DNA from: Octopus bimaculoides
Lineage: Eukaryota
Direction: 5' to 3'
DNA length: 64,000 nucleotides
Assembly (NCBI RefSeq): GCF_001194135.2
Contig: NC_068985.1
Coordinates: 40,758,573-40,822,572, forward strand
This document shows, one piece after another, positions 1-11,913 of this stretch. Made by a program: the position numbers and the translations under genes. The notes beneath the pieces were generated by a model. The model ran no database searches. It worked only from the letters and a program-made list of their open reading frames with translations, and was not told the DNA's origin. Position 1 is the stretch's first letter. Every line of letters begins with the position of its first letter.

Positions 1-470
1 TTTCCGAAGTCCTCTCCCCACCCCCTTGGAAAAGATTTTTCCCTCACAAATTTCATATATTCGTAATGTATGTCGTTTGAATGGTTTTTCTATAAAATTT
101 CATTGAAAAAACCCCTATTTTCCTAAACGTTTTGAGGGGAAAACTCGGATCTTGTGAATTTTCCAAAGTTCTCTCCCCACCCTCCGTTGCTTTGTGCGCA
201 TTTCTTTTTTCATATTCGTTTCCTACACATTGTTTTACACCCATTCCAGTATTTTGCGGGGTATTTTCATTTCCGAGTCAAGATGTAAACATTAAAATTA
301 CATCGATTTTTTTTTCTTTCTTTCTTCATTCATGTTTGTGTTTTCTTCGGTTTTGGTTTTATATTATATAGATATAATGTGTCTCAGTATGTATGTGTGC
401 GCGCCTATCTGAAAGGTATTTGTAGAAAATTTCCCTAAAGCATCCATTTTTCTGAAAGTTATGAAAAAAC
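1..470. repeat. Unclassified interspersed repeat with internal ~160-bp duplication
   Basis: Blocks such as tctgaaaggtatttgtagaaaatttt...ccatttttctgaaagttatga recur at about 40725-40790 and 40880-40945. ttttccaaagttctctccccacc recurs within 1-190. Confidence 0.55.
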
Positions 471-2027
471 AAAGTCGGCTGGAGGCATACTCTCTACATA
501 TCTGCAAAAGTTTGACAACAGTTGCACTACTTCCTTTTCTTTGATCTCATTCTCTGGATATGGGGATTGTCACGACATCGTGTTTATTGTAATTTATTTT
601 GGCGTTAAAATTATTTAAAAATTATACTAACATTTCAATTTCTATGAATCATATTTAAAATTAAAACGTGTTTTGTATTGTTCATATAGTTTATTCGAAG
701 TAGTAAATAATTCACAAAAGGAAAAATGCAAAATCTTAAACTGCAAACTGTAAACAGAATTCAGTTTCTTTCTGTTATAATTTTACGTAACAATAAGGAA
801 AGAATACACATTTGGAAAATATTTTAGAATATTATAATTATTATAAAAAGAATTGTGTGTGTGTGTGTGTGTGTGTTTGATGGGGTATTCAAGACAAAGT
901 GTGGTGTGTATGTGAAGTTGTTTTGTTAGTGTGTGTGAAGAGAGAAAGAGAGAGAAGTCGATATAACAGGTACTACCTTCACCCCATAGCAGTTGGTTAT
1001 ACTCTGTGATGGCTCACAACAAAAGTGTGCCTGTCCTCAGTTTCTAACTGCCTGTCCGAGAAATTTTCCCCTATTCAGCTAGGAGTTGGTACTAAGCTAG
1101 GTAATGCTGGTAATGCTGCGAGCATGTTGGCTTGCTTCAGTAGGTTCCGTTAAACCTTGTGGGGTGCAACCAATTATCATGATAACAAAAATTCCCACAA
1201 ATGGCTTCAATACATGTTTATGTTAATTAAAAGATATGCCAGCAAAATTTTATAAAATGACAATGTTCTAAAAGATGTACGTGTTTATATGTTATATATA
1301 AAAATAAAAATTCATTGAGTACTGAAGTCAGTGTAATCAACTAGTCCCTTCCCACCAAAAACAAAATTAATGGCTTTTTGCTTATAGTATGAAGCAATAT
1401 TGTTATTAATAATAATTTTAAAGAGATATAGGAAACTAAATAAAATACCCGTCGTTGCTTGGGATGAAGACAGGGAATTGGTGTTAATGTTTCTGAACAA
1501 ACAGTAGGCAGAATATCTGACTAAATTAACCCACATANNNNNNNNNNNNNNNNNNNNNGGGGGGGGGGAGAGAATGTTTTGAATCTCATTTCTTTTAATC
1601 CTAAACATAATACTAAATGCTAAACCTTAAACTCTAAAACTTAACCTTACCCTAAAATACTAATCAGAATCATGTTGCAAGGGACCTAACATAAGTACTT
1701 CCTTCTTAATTTATTATTGCCTGTACCATTGTTAACAAACTTAATGATGTTTTGCCATTTTCAACCAGACAAATGTCTGAATTTATGGATTGATTAATGA
1801 ATGGGACATGTAAAAATGATCTTGTGAAAATACAATTAAACTGTCATTCTGTCACTTCTTTTGCATTTCTAACAGTAAGTCCTCCTCCCTGAATTATTTA
1901 GACATCTACCACTAGGTCATTTGTATATAACTGAACTCACCCATTGTATATCTAATCTATTTGTTCACAAGGATTGTGATGAGATGAATCTGGATATCTC
2001 ATTACATAATCAATATTATACAATTGA

Positions 2028-2250
2028 TAAGGCAGCGAGCTAGCAGAATCATTAGCATGCTGGGGGAAATGCTTAGTGGCAGTTTGTCCATCTTCATGCT
2101 CTGAGTTCAAATTCTGCTGAGGTCAACTTTGCACTTCATCTGTTTGGGGATGATAAAATAAGTACCAGTTGAGTACAAGGGTCAATATAATTAACTTACC
2201 CCCTCCTCAGAAATCGCTGGCCTTGTTCCAAAATTTGAAACCAATATTAT
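2028..2250 (+). mobile_element. SINE-like family A (ggcggcgagctggcagaatcgttagc...gagttcaaattc...aataagtacc)
   Basis: Related copies at about 18165-18330, 19885-20100, 21080-21500 (two), 21530-21715, 44083-44300, 44660-44880 and 58900-59100. B-box-like GAGTTCAAAT present. Confidence 0.8.
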
Positions 2251-2440
2251 ATAATTGATATGATAGTATCATTTCTCTCTTTCATGTCTTCATGCATATT
2301 ATATTGTTTGTCACTCTTATGTTATTGGAACAATTGTAAACCATGGAATAAATGTAATACTAAAAGCCCTATTCTTCACCTTTTATACACACACAAACAC
2401 ATTGTTTTACATGACTCATTCTTTTAACTTCAGCACTACA

Positions 2441-2605
2441 ATGGCCTGCAAAATTTCAGAAGATATTCATTATTCAACTTGTGAAGATTCCGTGAGTAAA
2501 AGAACTAGTGTCAGTTATCAGTCATATATTGCTCTTTTAGATGAAATGACAAATCTGAGGAAAATAATAGACTCTTATAAGAATTTTTCTGAAAAACCTG
2601 TTAAG
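2441..2605 (+). CDS. First coding exon of a coiled-coil + C2H2 zinc-finger gene (MACKISEDIH...FSEKPVK, 55 aa)
   Basis: Acceptor ttttaacttcAG at 2432-2433, ATG at 2441, open frame to AAG|GTAGGT donor at 2606. Phase 0, joins the next exon in frame. Confidence 0.75.
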
Positions 2606-3014
2606 GTAGGTTACAGTTTAAATTTTTAATGTCCCTTTTCCTTTCTATCTTTACCTACCTCTGTGTGTGTGTATGCACATCTAATCTACTACATATGTGG
2701 GAAATTCTGTCTTTGGGTGTGTTTGTTTGCAGAGTTGTTAGCTAACTTCTCCTACATTCATTTCCCTATATTATTTGGTATAAATCAAATTGAGTATACT
2801 TATTTCTCAGTATTTGAGCTGTTAGTTATTTTCGCAATTTATCCAGTACAACCCTTAAACAAGTAAATAGTATTTTCCTAAACAATTTCGGTTAATGACT
2901 TATTCACGAATATACCTTGAATGACGATGCCTTTCATGTCACTTCAGCCAATTGACAAGCACTGCATGAAGAACTGTTCTACTTTTAGACAAATGCACTG
3001 TCAACACAAAGGTC

Positions 3015-3710
3015 ACACCCTGTTTACATGTAGGAACACCTTCTTAAAATCTATCTGTACATCTTGAAAATGGCCAGCGTGTATATTTCACAGAAGACAA
3101 TCCACAAAACGTAGTTCTGAATTCACGAGAAATCACTTTGACAGCGTTCTTCAAATTATGTCATTGTGATCTGTTTGCCTGAACACTGTTGTATGTAAAG
3201 GTCCCTGTGTATTATACCTGGGCACACAGTAGATGGAAGAGACGCAAGCAAGGAACACACCTTGAGGGCTGGGAAGAAGATGCTGTCTTCAGAAGTGGGG
3301 CCATTGGGCGGGTGTACATTGTGCACCCTAATTGGCAGGAGTGCTTCTTTCTGCATCTACTGCTACACACTATCAGACACAATGGGAAGTCTGCATGACC
3401 TATAGAGAAGCCTGCGCCAAACATGGACTACTGGAGGACGATGCTCACTGGGACCAGACACTGGAGGAGGCAGCAGTCAGCACAGCACTAAGTCAACTGT
3501 GCCAGCTATTTTCTATCATGTTGATGACATGTGGCTTTCGTGAACCTCACAAGCTTGGGCGATCAACAAAACCAGCATGGTAGAGGACATCTAGAAAGGA
3601 TTCAAAGGCAAACCTCAGCGGAAATTGCCACGTTCAATAACGCCATTTACAATGAGGTGTTACTTGACCTGAACACCCAAGTGCAAGCTATGGGAGGTCA
3701 AGGCAATTCC
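3015..3710 (+). mobile_element. Degenerate Helitron RepHel fragment (intron 1)
   Basis: Translated pieces VHLENGQRVYFTEDN, TLTAFFKLC, YYTW..RWKRRKQG, AIGRVYIVHP..ECFFLHLLLH and TYREAC..GLLEDDAHWDQTLEEA match the Helitron Rep-helicase linker. Stops and frameshifts present. Confidence 0.9.
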
Positions 3711-4341
3711 ACATTTGGTTATTACATAACTGACTTCACAATTTGGGTTTTCATAACTTATTGGGAATTCCTAAAAACAAAATCCCATGTAAGACAGTTC
3801 GGTATCCTCTGTAAATGCACAAAAACCATTATAAAGGCTACATACTTTGTATTGTTGTTATTGGATTAGCGAAACAATTATGAGAACAGAACCAAGGAAT
3901 AAGCCCCACTTTTCTGGGAATTACCGGGTACGTCAGCTAGTAAATACATATGTCAGAGGTTACTGAGTACTCCCTACACATACAATGTACAATGTACAAT
4001 CCTATCTTGTATGCTTGGCATCCTACATACAATCTAGAATGATTGGTGACTGTAGAAGAAAAGTGGGATTGAAAAGTTCCTTAGTCCTCTGCCATTGAAG
4101 GCTTCATAGTCTCCCTTGTGTTGGTATCATGAGAAAAAGCAACTGGTACACTCTGTAAATTGGTTGACAATAGAAAGGTATCTAGAAAGGGTATCTAGCT
4201 TTAGAAGCTAAAGCAAAGTCACACAAACACCAGTGTTTGAAGGTAGTTGCTCCCAATAAGAAAGAACTTGGATTGTGATTACACAGCCAACTCATGCCAG
4301 TCTGGAAAGCAGATGTAAAAATGACAGTGCTATATGGCAGT

Positions 4342-4735
4342 CTGTTTAAGAAGTTTGTTTCCCAACTGCATGGTTTCAGGCTCAGTTCAACTGTGAGGCA
4401 CCATAGGCAGGTGTCTCCTACTATAGCCCTGGGCTGACCAAAGTCTTGTGAGTGGATATGGTAGATGGAAACTGAAATAAGCCTGTTGTTTATATGTGTA
4501 TATGTGTGCAAGTGTGTGTTTGTGTTTCCTTGTCTTGACATCACATGATTGTTGTAAATAATGTCATTCATTTCCAGTATTCTGTGAACACATGTCTGGT
4601 TATGGGGAAATATTACTTTGCTTGGAAATGGGTAAGGTTTAGCAACAGGAAGGTCATAGAAAATCTGCCTCAATAAACTCCATCTGACCCATGCAAGCAT
4701 GGAAAAGTGGCCATTAAAACAATAATGGTGATATA
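4342..4735 (+). mobile_element. tRNA-derived SINE family B with RTE-type tail
   Basis: Head ...aagaagcttgcttccc...ctatagcc..gggctgaccaaagccttgtgagtggat..ggtagatggaaactgaaagaagcc and tail gcatggaaaagtgg. Related copies at about 12538-12855, 24505-24700, 35444-35610, 37845-38120, 39735-40120, 45350-45500 and 48322-48770. Confidence 0.8.
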
Positions 4736-5052
4736 TCTTCACAAGGAAGCTGTTGACAATGATTTAGTTTTACTGGTTATTGACTTCACCATCTGATGAA
4801 AATAAACGTAGTACTCTAAATGTATTGAGCAATTTTTCTATTAATGTTTGGCTGTTTTTATAGACACCCTTGCCTTTACTACCTCTTCCCCATTATTCTT
4901 CTAACACTTTCTTTCTCTCTCTCTCTTCTTCCCACTCTATCATCCTAATCATTGTTCATCCCCTCCTTACTGTCATACTTCCTTTTCATTCTCCCTTTTA
5001 CCCTTCATCATCTTCAATTTTTCTCTCTTTTTCTCACTTTATTTGTCTAAAC

Positions 5053-5151
5053 CAGGGGTGGAGAAATTTTTTAGTGTGGTGGGCAAAAATTTCCTAAGAA
5101 AAAGGTCTGCAGGTGGATCACAGGTCCTAACTCTTATATCTGTGTAAATCT

Positions 5152-5188
<37 letters not shown>

Positions 5189-6033
5189 NNNNNNNNNNNN
5201 NNNNNNNNNNNNNNNNNNNNNNNNNNNNNNNNNNNNNNNNNNNNNNNNNNNNNNNNNNNNNNNNNNNNNNNNNNNNNNNNNNNNNNNNNNNNNNNNNNNN
5301 NNNNNNNNNNNNNNNNNNNNNNNNNNNNNNNNNNNNNNNNNNNNNNNNNNNNNNNNNNNNNNNNNNNNNNNNNNNNNNNNNNNNNNNNNNNNNNNNNNNN
5401 NNNNNNNNNNNNNNNNNNNNNNNNNNNNNNNNNNNNNNNNNNNNNNNNNNNNNNNNNNNNNAATTTCTTGTGTCACCCGCACAAGAGCCAGTCCAGGGGC
5501 ACTGGCAACGATCTCACTTGAAAGATTTCATGTGTCGCCCGCACAAGAGCCAGTCCAGTGGCACTGGCAACGGTCTCACTCGAAAAATTTCTTGTGTCAC
5601 CCGCACAAGAGCCAGTCCAGGGGCACTGTATAATTTGATATACATTAAGAAAGATAAGTTTAACACATTAAATTAATGCGTAACATCTTCATTAATGCTG
5701 CCACTGAATTTAGGACGTTTATATTACTTATGAGGTTTTCTATTTTTTCAGTTAAAGTGTAGTTGGGTCTGAAAGGGGTGGTATAAAGCTAGCAATATGT
5801 GTTTTATAGTGAAAACAAAATTTCCTTTCAAATGGCATTTACTAGATGATTTCTGACCATTTTAAGTCGTAGTGGAAATACAACTTATGTTGCAAATAGG
5901 TATACGAATATTGTATAAATTTTGATTGAAAAATTTACTATATTTTGTACATATGGGTATATCAGCCTGCAGGCACAATAAAATGGGCTCGCGGGTGCAA
6001 TTGCACCCATGGGTGGGGGTTTCTCCACTCCTG
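5053..6033. mobile_element. Non-autonomous hAT element (MITE), contains an N gap
   Basis: TIRs CAGGGGTGGAGAAA (5053-5066) and TTTCTCCACTCCTG (6020-6033) match 13/14. Perfect 8-bp TSD GTCTAAAC at 5045-5052 and 6034-6041. Confidence 0.9.
5462..5628. repeat. 62-bp tandem repeat (~2.7 visible copies) inside the hAT element
   Basis: Units start at 5462, 5524 and 5586. The array runs into the N gap on the left. Confidence 0.9.
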
Positions 6034-6275
6034 GTCTAAACAAGTGGAAAACAAATTGATTTCTGTAGCATTATGAAATCTTTCACTCCTGAAATGAGAT
6101 ATTAGGGTATATGCCACATGCAGGGAATACCATAGGAATATTTGAACTGGTGATGCTTAGAGTTTAGGGGCTTTATGCCACATGTAATTCATCACTTTCA
6201 ACATCAATAATTTATAGGGAAAAACATTGTTATTGTATTATTTTGCTTAATTTTAAAATAATCATTTATTTTCAG

Positions 6276-6371
6276 TTTGATGCTTGTGTGCAGACAACAG
6301 AAGCATTAGAATATGAAGATATGCTACGTAGTTTGGCTTCTGCTTATGATGCAAAACAAGAAGACTGCAAG
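6276..6371 (+). CDS. Coding exon (FDACVQTTEALEYEDMLRSLASAYDAKQEDCK)
   Basis: Acceptor tttattttcAG (6274-6275), 96 nt open, AAG|GTAATT donor. Phase 0/0. Confidence 0.8.
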
Positions 6372-6981
6372 GTAATTCACTAAAATTCATCTCTTTCCAT
6401 CCTAATCTAGGGTTGGTTCTAAGTCCAGTTGCCTAAATGGTAGTTAAAAAAGTATTTGCTTTGCAATTATATGGTTCCTGCTTTGAACTAATGTGGCACC
6501 TTAGATAACTTCAGGTAAACCGAAGCCTTGCAAGTAAAATTAGGCAGGTGGCAAGAATATGGAAGCCTTTTGAATTGATTGTATATGTTCTCTTGGAGGC
6601 AAACCTAATCTGCTACTTGGTTTAATTCTGCTAAATGAAAACAAGTGCATTAAGTAGAGTTCAGTATTCAGACCAAGAAAAACTTCAAATTTGATGAGGT
6701 GAAAATCTACCCAGTTTCATCCCTCAGGCATTAATGAAATGAATCTCAGTATTATAGTAGAGTGATTGAATGATATAATATACTGAAAGATATATCTGTA
6801 GATTTTTTAGTCAACACTGTATGTATATCAAATTATTGTTTGCACCTTGTACAGTAAGATCTGGAATGAATATTTGCACATTTATTCTTAATGTCTAGGC
6901 AGGTTCAGACGCAAAATATTCTGGTTGTTGTAATGTATGTCAAGGAGAAAAATCTCTTTTATGACTCATTGGCACAGAGAA

Positions 6982-7024
6982 TTCTGGTACACTGATGTTT
7001 CAACATGTGTCTCATCAGCCACAA
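6982..7024 (-). ncRNA. Degenerate minimal type-I hammerhead ribozyme motif
   Basis: Minus strand reads ttgtgg CTGATGA gac-acat-gtt GAAA c-atcagt-GTA ccagaa. Stem I pairs 5/6, stem II is 3 bp opening with G.U, cleavage triplet GUA. Confidence 0.45.
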
Positions 7025-7984
7025 GTGCCTTGACTCTTTGAGTCTAGCCAAGCAGATGGTCTTTGTTTATATTTTCAGTGATTAAAATGTTTCCTGATTG
7101 GTGCTTATATCTGCCAATTAATATAAAATTGTTGTTTGTACCATGTACAGCGAGATCTAGAATGAATATTTGCATATTTATTCTGTATGACAGGTAGAAA
7201 TAAATACTTTGTCTTTATATATATCTTTGTGGATAAAGAGGAATCAGCTAGACTAGTTCCAATACTGTGCTGTGATTTCATCAGTGACGAAGTATTCTTG
7301 TTAATGGCCATGTAGACATTGCTCATAAACCCATGAAGATATTGTTTAAATAGACAAGGTGTTTGCATTTGTCTAAATCTACACATATATTCTGTTCTTC
7401 AGTATAGCATAGAAACAGACACTGTAAGTGTACCAAGAATTTATAGAGTGGTTTGAATTAGAGTATTATTCAGTCCAAGAAGAGAGAATGTTCATAATCC
7501 CTCCATGCCTTTTCAGACAGGTAAGAAGAATGTGATTAATGTTTATCTAGAAATTGTTCCAACTAATACCCGTAGTGAAAACATGAACAAACAGAAAGCT
7601 CCAGAAAGTGAAAGTGTTAGAAAGGCACAATTATGCAATGTGTTTGCCATGGAAGCCTGATAGTAGGGAAAAATTATATGGCATTTGAGAAGAAGAGACT
7701 GAAATGGATTTGCAGCAAGAGCAAAAATAGATAAATGTGTTTTATTGCAAAAACACTTTGAATGCTCAGTGTTTGATCACTGTACCTATATTTGGCATCA
7801 CTTGTCAATAAGTCTCTCCATAGATGCTTGATCTACTACAAATAGCAGCAAAAGGACACATTGAATATTGGCACAGGTACATTATTCCAAAAGAAAGGTC
7901 AGAATAGTCATGGCTGAAATTGCTTTTGATAAGTCCATCTACTCTGTCTGAGTTAACTCAGTCTGTCAAAAAGAAACTTAGCAC

Positions 7985-8198
7985 TGCTTGGTAATAAGTT
8001 ATACTGTACATCTATAAAATACTTGATTAGAAAGTTAGGTATCATTCTGAACATTTATAAAATGCCTGATCTCAAGATAAGGAGTCATATTGCTCTTGTA
8101 TAAAATACTTGACCGTTTGGTAAGTCGTCATACTATGGATTTGAAAAATATTTGATCTCTTGGACAGGAGTCATACAAAGTCTTTATAAAATTCTTGA
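7985..8198. repeat. Old 43-bp minisatellite with conserved TATAAAAT(A/G/T)C(T/C)TGA block
   Basis: Motif starts at 8013, 8056, 8099, 8142 (tgaaaaatatttga variant) and 8185, an exact period of 43. A second block (g/c)tcata is also periodic. Confidence 0.8.
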
Positions 8199-9776
8199 CT
8201 TCACTTTACCAGTCAATCTCTGGTCTTCTACAATACTTTTCTTCTACACAGATAATACATGTTTGGCTTTTTTAATTTTACTACTTTACATAGGTTAAGA
8301 GAGCATGGCTGTCTGTGTGGATAGTAAACCAGTCAACCAGTCCACCATTTGTATCCTGTCAGCAGTCCTGCTTTTTGGCTATTGTCAACATAGTTAGTTC
8401 TCAAAAGACCCAGTCTAGTTAGCTGAAAATGTTCATCAATGAATAAAAGCAACCCCACTATTCCAAGTAATGGTGACCCTGGAAAATCGACATTAGTTTT
8501 CACCACTGTAGAGGAATAGCCTCTGCCTTATTGAATTGAACTAAATATACTGCACAAACACAGTCTTCAGTGGTGATCATGAGAATAGACCAAAAAGTAA
8601 CAAAACAAACAAAACACACTTCATGGCAAAATTGGATGATGTTATTAATTTTACTTATTTGGACATTTTAATGTGGTCATAGCTACTGATCTATTTGCCA
8701 AATGCTAACCACTATCTAACTAAATGCTACAACTATCTAACTACTTAACCATGAAAGAATAAAGGAGACTATTTGTCAGATAGAGACTTTTCAAAATTTG
8801 TTTTTGGTTGGAGTAGTGGAGTTTCCTCCATTCATGACCTTTTTCTGTAGTGTTTGGTGAGAGAATAGGAGCTAGAAATCACATCTCATAGGTTGGGCTG
8901 CTGCAGTAGGAAGCAGCTCATTACAATATCAAGTTTATTCTGAGACTGATGATATGGTTTTGATTCTGAACTCTGCTAAATGCACTTGGTTTCATTTAGC
9001 TGACTTAAATTGAATTAAAACCTTGCATCAAAATTTGATGTTAATTTATGTTCCAAACTTGAGGTTAATAATGACAAAGTTAGTTTACTAAATTCTTCAT
9101 TATTTTCAAAATTAATTGAAATAAAAGAAGTATATTTCAATGAAAATATGATAACAAGAGTGTTAAATATATAATATTCATATTTATTAACATTATTCCA
9201 TTCTGTATTTATGCTGTAGTAAGATTTGACTATCAACCTAATACTAGTAGGCAACTTAAGCTGTACTATTCACAATCTTCTTTACATTTTCTATAAGTAG
9301 CTCTGTACTTTTTAACTTCTGCAACTTGGAAGACAGAGGCAAATGATTAGTCTGGAGGCTGTAATGAAAGAACAAACCTAGTTGGATCAGTCCCCATTCT
9401 AATCTGCTGAAAAGCCCCAGGGTTTAATCATGTCCATTTTCATAGCAAGATGAAAATCTCTTTTTATTAAACATCTATAGATATGATTCTGTTTACAGAT
9501 TTTATAAAAAGTATTTTAGTTTGGTGTTTACCATTTTTACTGACTTATTGTCCTCAAGCCAATGAAGCAGCCTCTATATGGTCACTCAACCTGTCTTAAA
9601 AAAGAAGTGATGGTACTGTGTAGTCATAGGTGAACAATAAGACTTGATTGTCATGGCTGGAAAGCCTTAAGTCTTAGGTATGCTTAATCAGGCCTGAGCT
9701 GCAGCTAAACTACAATAACAGCTTATCACTTGTTTATGGAAAATATTGATTATGTTTTGTTATTTTTTCTTTCAAG

Positions 9777-9833
9777 CAACTAGAAATGAAACTGAAAGAT
9801 TCTGAAGAAATAATCAAAGAACTCTATGAGAAG
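9777..9833 (+). CDS. Coding exon (QLEMKLKDSEEIIKELYEK), coiled-coil
   Basis: Acceptor ttttttctttcaAG, 57 nt open, AAG|GTAAAT donor. Phase 0/0, heptad-like L/I/E/K pattern. Confidence 0.8.
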
Positions 9834-9905
9834 GTAAATAAATATATTGTTTCTGTTTGGAGATTTTCCTCTCCTGTGCCTGGGGAGTTGATTATCTTTG
9901 AAGCA

Positions 9906-9951
<46 letters not shown>

Positions 9952-10222
9952 TGGGGATCATTTAAAGAATATTATGAATATGATGTTATTGTTTAGCCAA
10001 GAATTTCTCAACCTTTTTTCTCTTGTCACCCACTTTTCATTATTTTACATCTCCAAACCCATATCCAGCAGAGATCACTCTACAAGTGCACCTCAAGTAC
10101 ATCAACAAATTCAATCCAACTCATGCCAGCATGGAAAAGTGAACGTTAAAAATAATGATGATACAAACTCACACATATAGTTTGTTTTTGACTTTCTATA
10201 TGTGTGCATTATTATTATCATT

Positions 10223-10257
<35 letters not shown>

Positions 10258-10309
10258 TAAAGTTTTCTGAAATCTTAACCCTTTTTTTGTTTTTCTTCCC
10301 ATCATGCAG

Positions 10310-10393
10310 CTGGATAATGTGATGCAAGACTTGAAGTCTGAGAAAGAAGAATGTGATCGTTTGAAACAATTAACCACGGCAACTGGAACACTT
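10310..10393 (+). CDS. Coding exon (LDNVMQDLKSEKEECDRLKQLTTATGTL), coiled-coil
   Basis: Long pyrimidine tract plus cAG at 10308-10309, 84 nt open, CTT|GTAAGT donor. Phase 0/0. Confidence 0.8.
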
Positions 10394-10555
10394 GTAAGTG
10401 AACAGCATTTTTTTATCCTGCTCTACTGCATCCTTCTTGGTCATTTATACCTCCATACTCAAATATCGGCCCAAACTCCACTAGGCTGTGTCGTTTTGTT
10501 GTTATTCTTGTTGTTTAGCTCCAAGCTGGTTCTGAATATGTGTTTCTTTTTTAAG

Positions 10556-10595
10556 ACTGTTGGTGATTCTTTGAAGAACTTGGCAACTTCTACTG
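10556..10595 (+). CDS. Candidate 40-nt cassette exon (TVGDSLKNLATST+g), frameshifting
   Basis: Acceptor tttcttttttaAG (10554-10555) and consensus CTG|GTAAGT donor at 10596. Length 3n+1. Confidence 0.45.
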
Positions 10596-10599
10596 GTAA

Positions 10600-11290
10600 G
10601 TGAGACTCACATGGAGTATTGCTTCCAAATCACCTCCACCAACTTTTACATACTCCCTCAACAATACCAATCTCAACATATCTATCAGTGAATGTGATCT
10701 GGGTATTATTGTCAACAGTAATCTGCATTGGATAAACCACATCTCGAAGATTGTCAAGAAGGCTGAGGGTGTCTTAGCATCACTCAGTAAGACCTTTGTC
10801 AGCTGCTCTCCAGCTATCTGTTTAAAGTTGTATATGACTATTGTATGTCCATACTTAGAGTTTGCATCACCAGTCTGGAATCCCTATCTTGCTCAGCATA
10901 TCAATCTCCTGGAAACTGTTCAGAAACATGCAACCAAAGGAATTCCAGCCATCAGGCATCTACCATACTCTGAACATCTTGCTTCCCTGGGCATGGACAC
11001 ATTAAAGCTGACGTCTGGCAACTGACTTGGTAGATAGATACCCACAAGATTATCCATCATCTTTCCAACAACAACCTTGGGTATCTTTTTGAATTCCATA
11101 CATCTAACACTCATAGACATGCTTACAAAATAAAAAAAACAATACAGCACCCATGACTTTTGGAAACATTTTTTCGTGCTCAGGATTGCTGAACCATGGA
11201 ATAAACTACATACATCAGTTGTTAGTAGTTGAAATTCTACATCCTTCAAAACTTCCATGCTTCCAGAAATTCGCCAACAGTACACCTGAT
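10600..11290 (+). mobile_element. 5'-truncated CR1/L2-like LINE, ORF2 C-terminus
   Basis: ECDLGIIVNSNLHWINHISKIVKKA, PYLEFASPVWNPY, LETVQKHATK and LPYSEHLASLG, then frameshifted HFF..RIAEPWNKL. Confidence 0.9.
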
Positions 11291-11913
11291 ACCCCCTACC
11301 CCTGTTTCTTCTTCCCTTTTCTTTTTTTTTAAAGACCTTTTCACTGGTCATTCCCTGTGCATATTCTATGTACTGTTCATGCAGTTTTGGTTACTTTTCC
11401 TGATGAGTTGTAGTGCACCTGGGCACTGTATACCATAAGATCATTATATATCATTATATTCTGTTGATACTACCTCCAGTTATTCTACTCTATAAACTAT
11501 GTCATCACAATTACCACACCTTGTCTTTCCACAACCTCACTATGGCAGACAACCAGCCCAGCCTAGTGATACACTTCTGTCATCTCTTTATATAAATAAA
11601 TAAGCAAACACTTCAGTCTTTACATTTAGATAGAACCTTTAGCATTCATATTACCCTTTCAAATGTAATGCTTATTTGTTTACATTGTTTTTACTTAATC
11701 ATGCATTATCTCATAGCATTGAGATTTCAATGGTATGATTGTTTATCTTTAGAATGACATTGTAGGGTAGGTGTGAGGGACCAGATTCTAACTGGTTTGA
11801 ATAGAAAATAGGTAGAGTATTTGGGTTGGATATGGCCAGTTTAAATTCTAAGGTGTCAATACTGGGGACTTATTTCCTTTGTTAATTTCTTTTTTTTTTT
11901 TTTACATTTACAG

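Noticed and set aside
1596-1665. Telomere-like ctaaac/ttaacc runs
   Set aside because: Too degenerate and short, with no consecutive TTAGGG units.
6826-7386. Minus-strand C-x2-C-x3-F-like peptides (YCTRCKQ*F, RCTWYKQQF) as a zinc-finger pseudogene
   Set aside because: No His pair at the right spacing, stops present, and the period is ~296 bp rather than 84 bp.
7985-8198. CRISPR interpretation of the 43-bp and 62-bp periodic arrays
   Set aside because: Eukaryotic intronic context, no cas genes, and the interspaces are homologous to each other rather than unique spacers.
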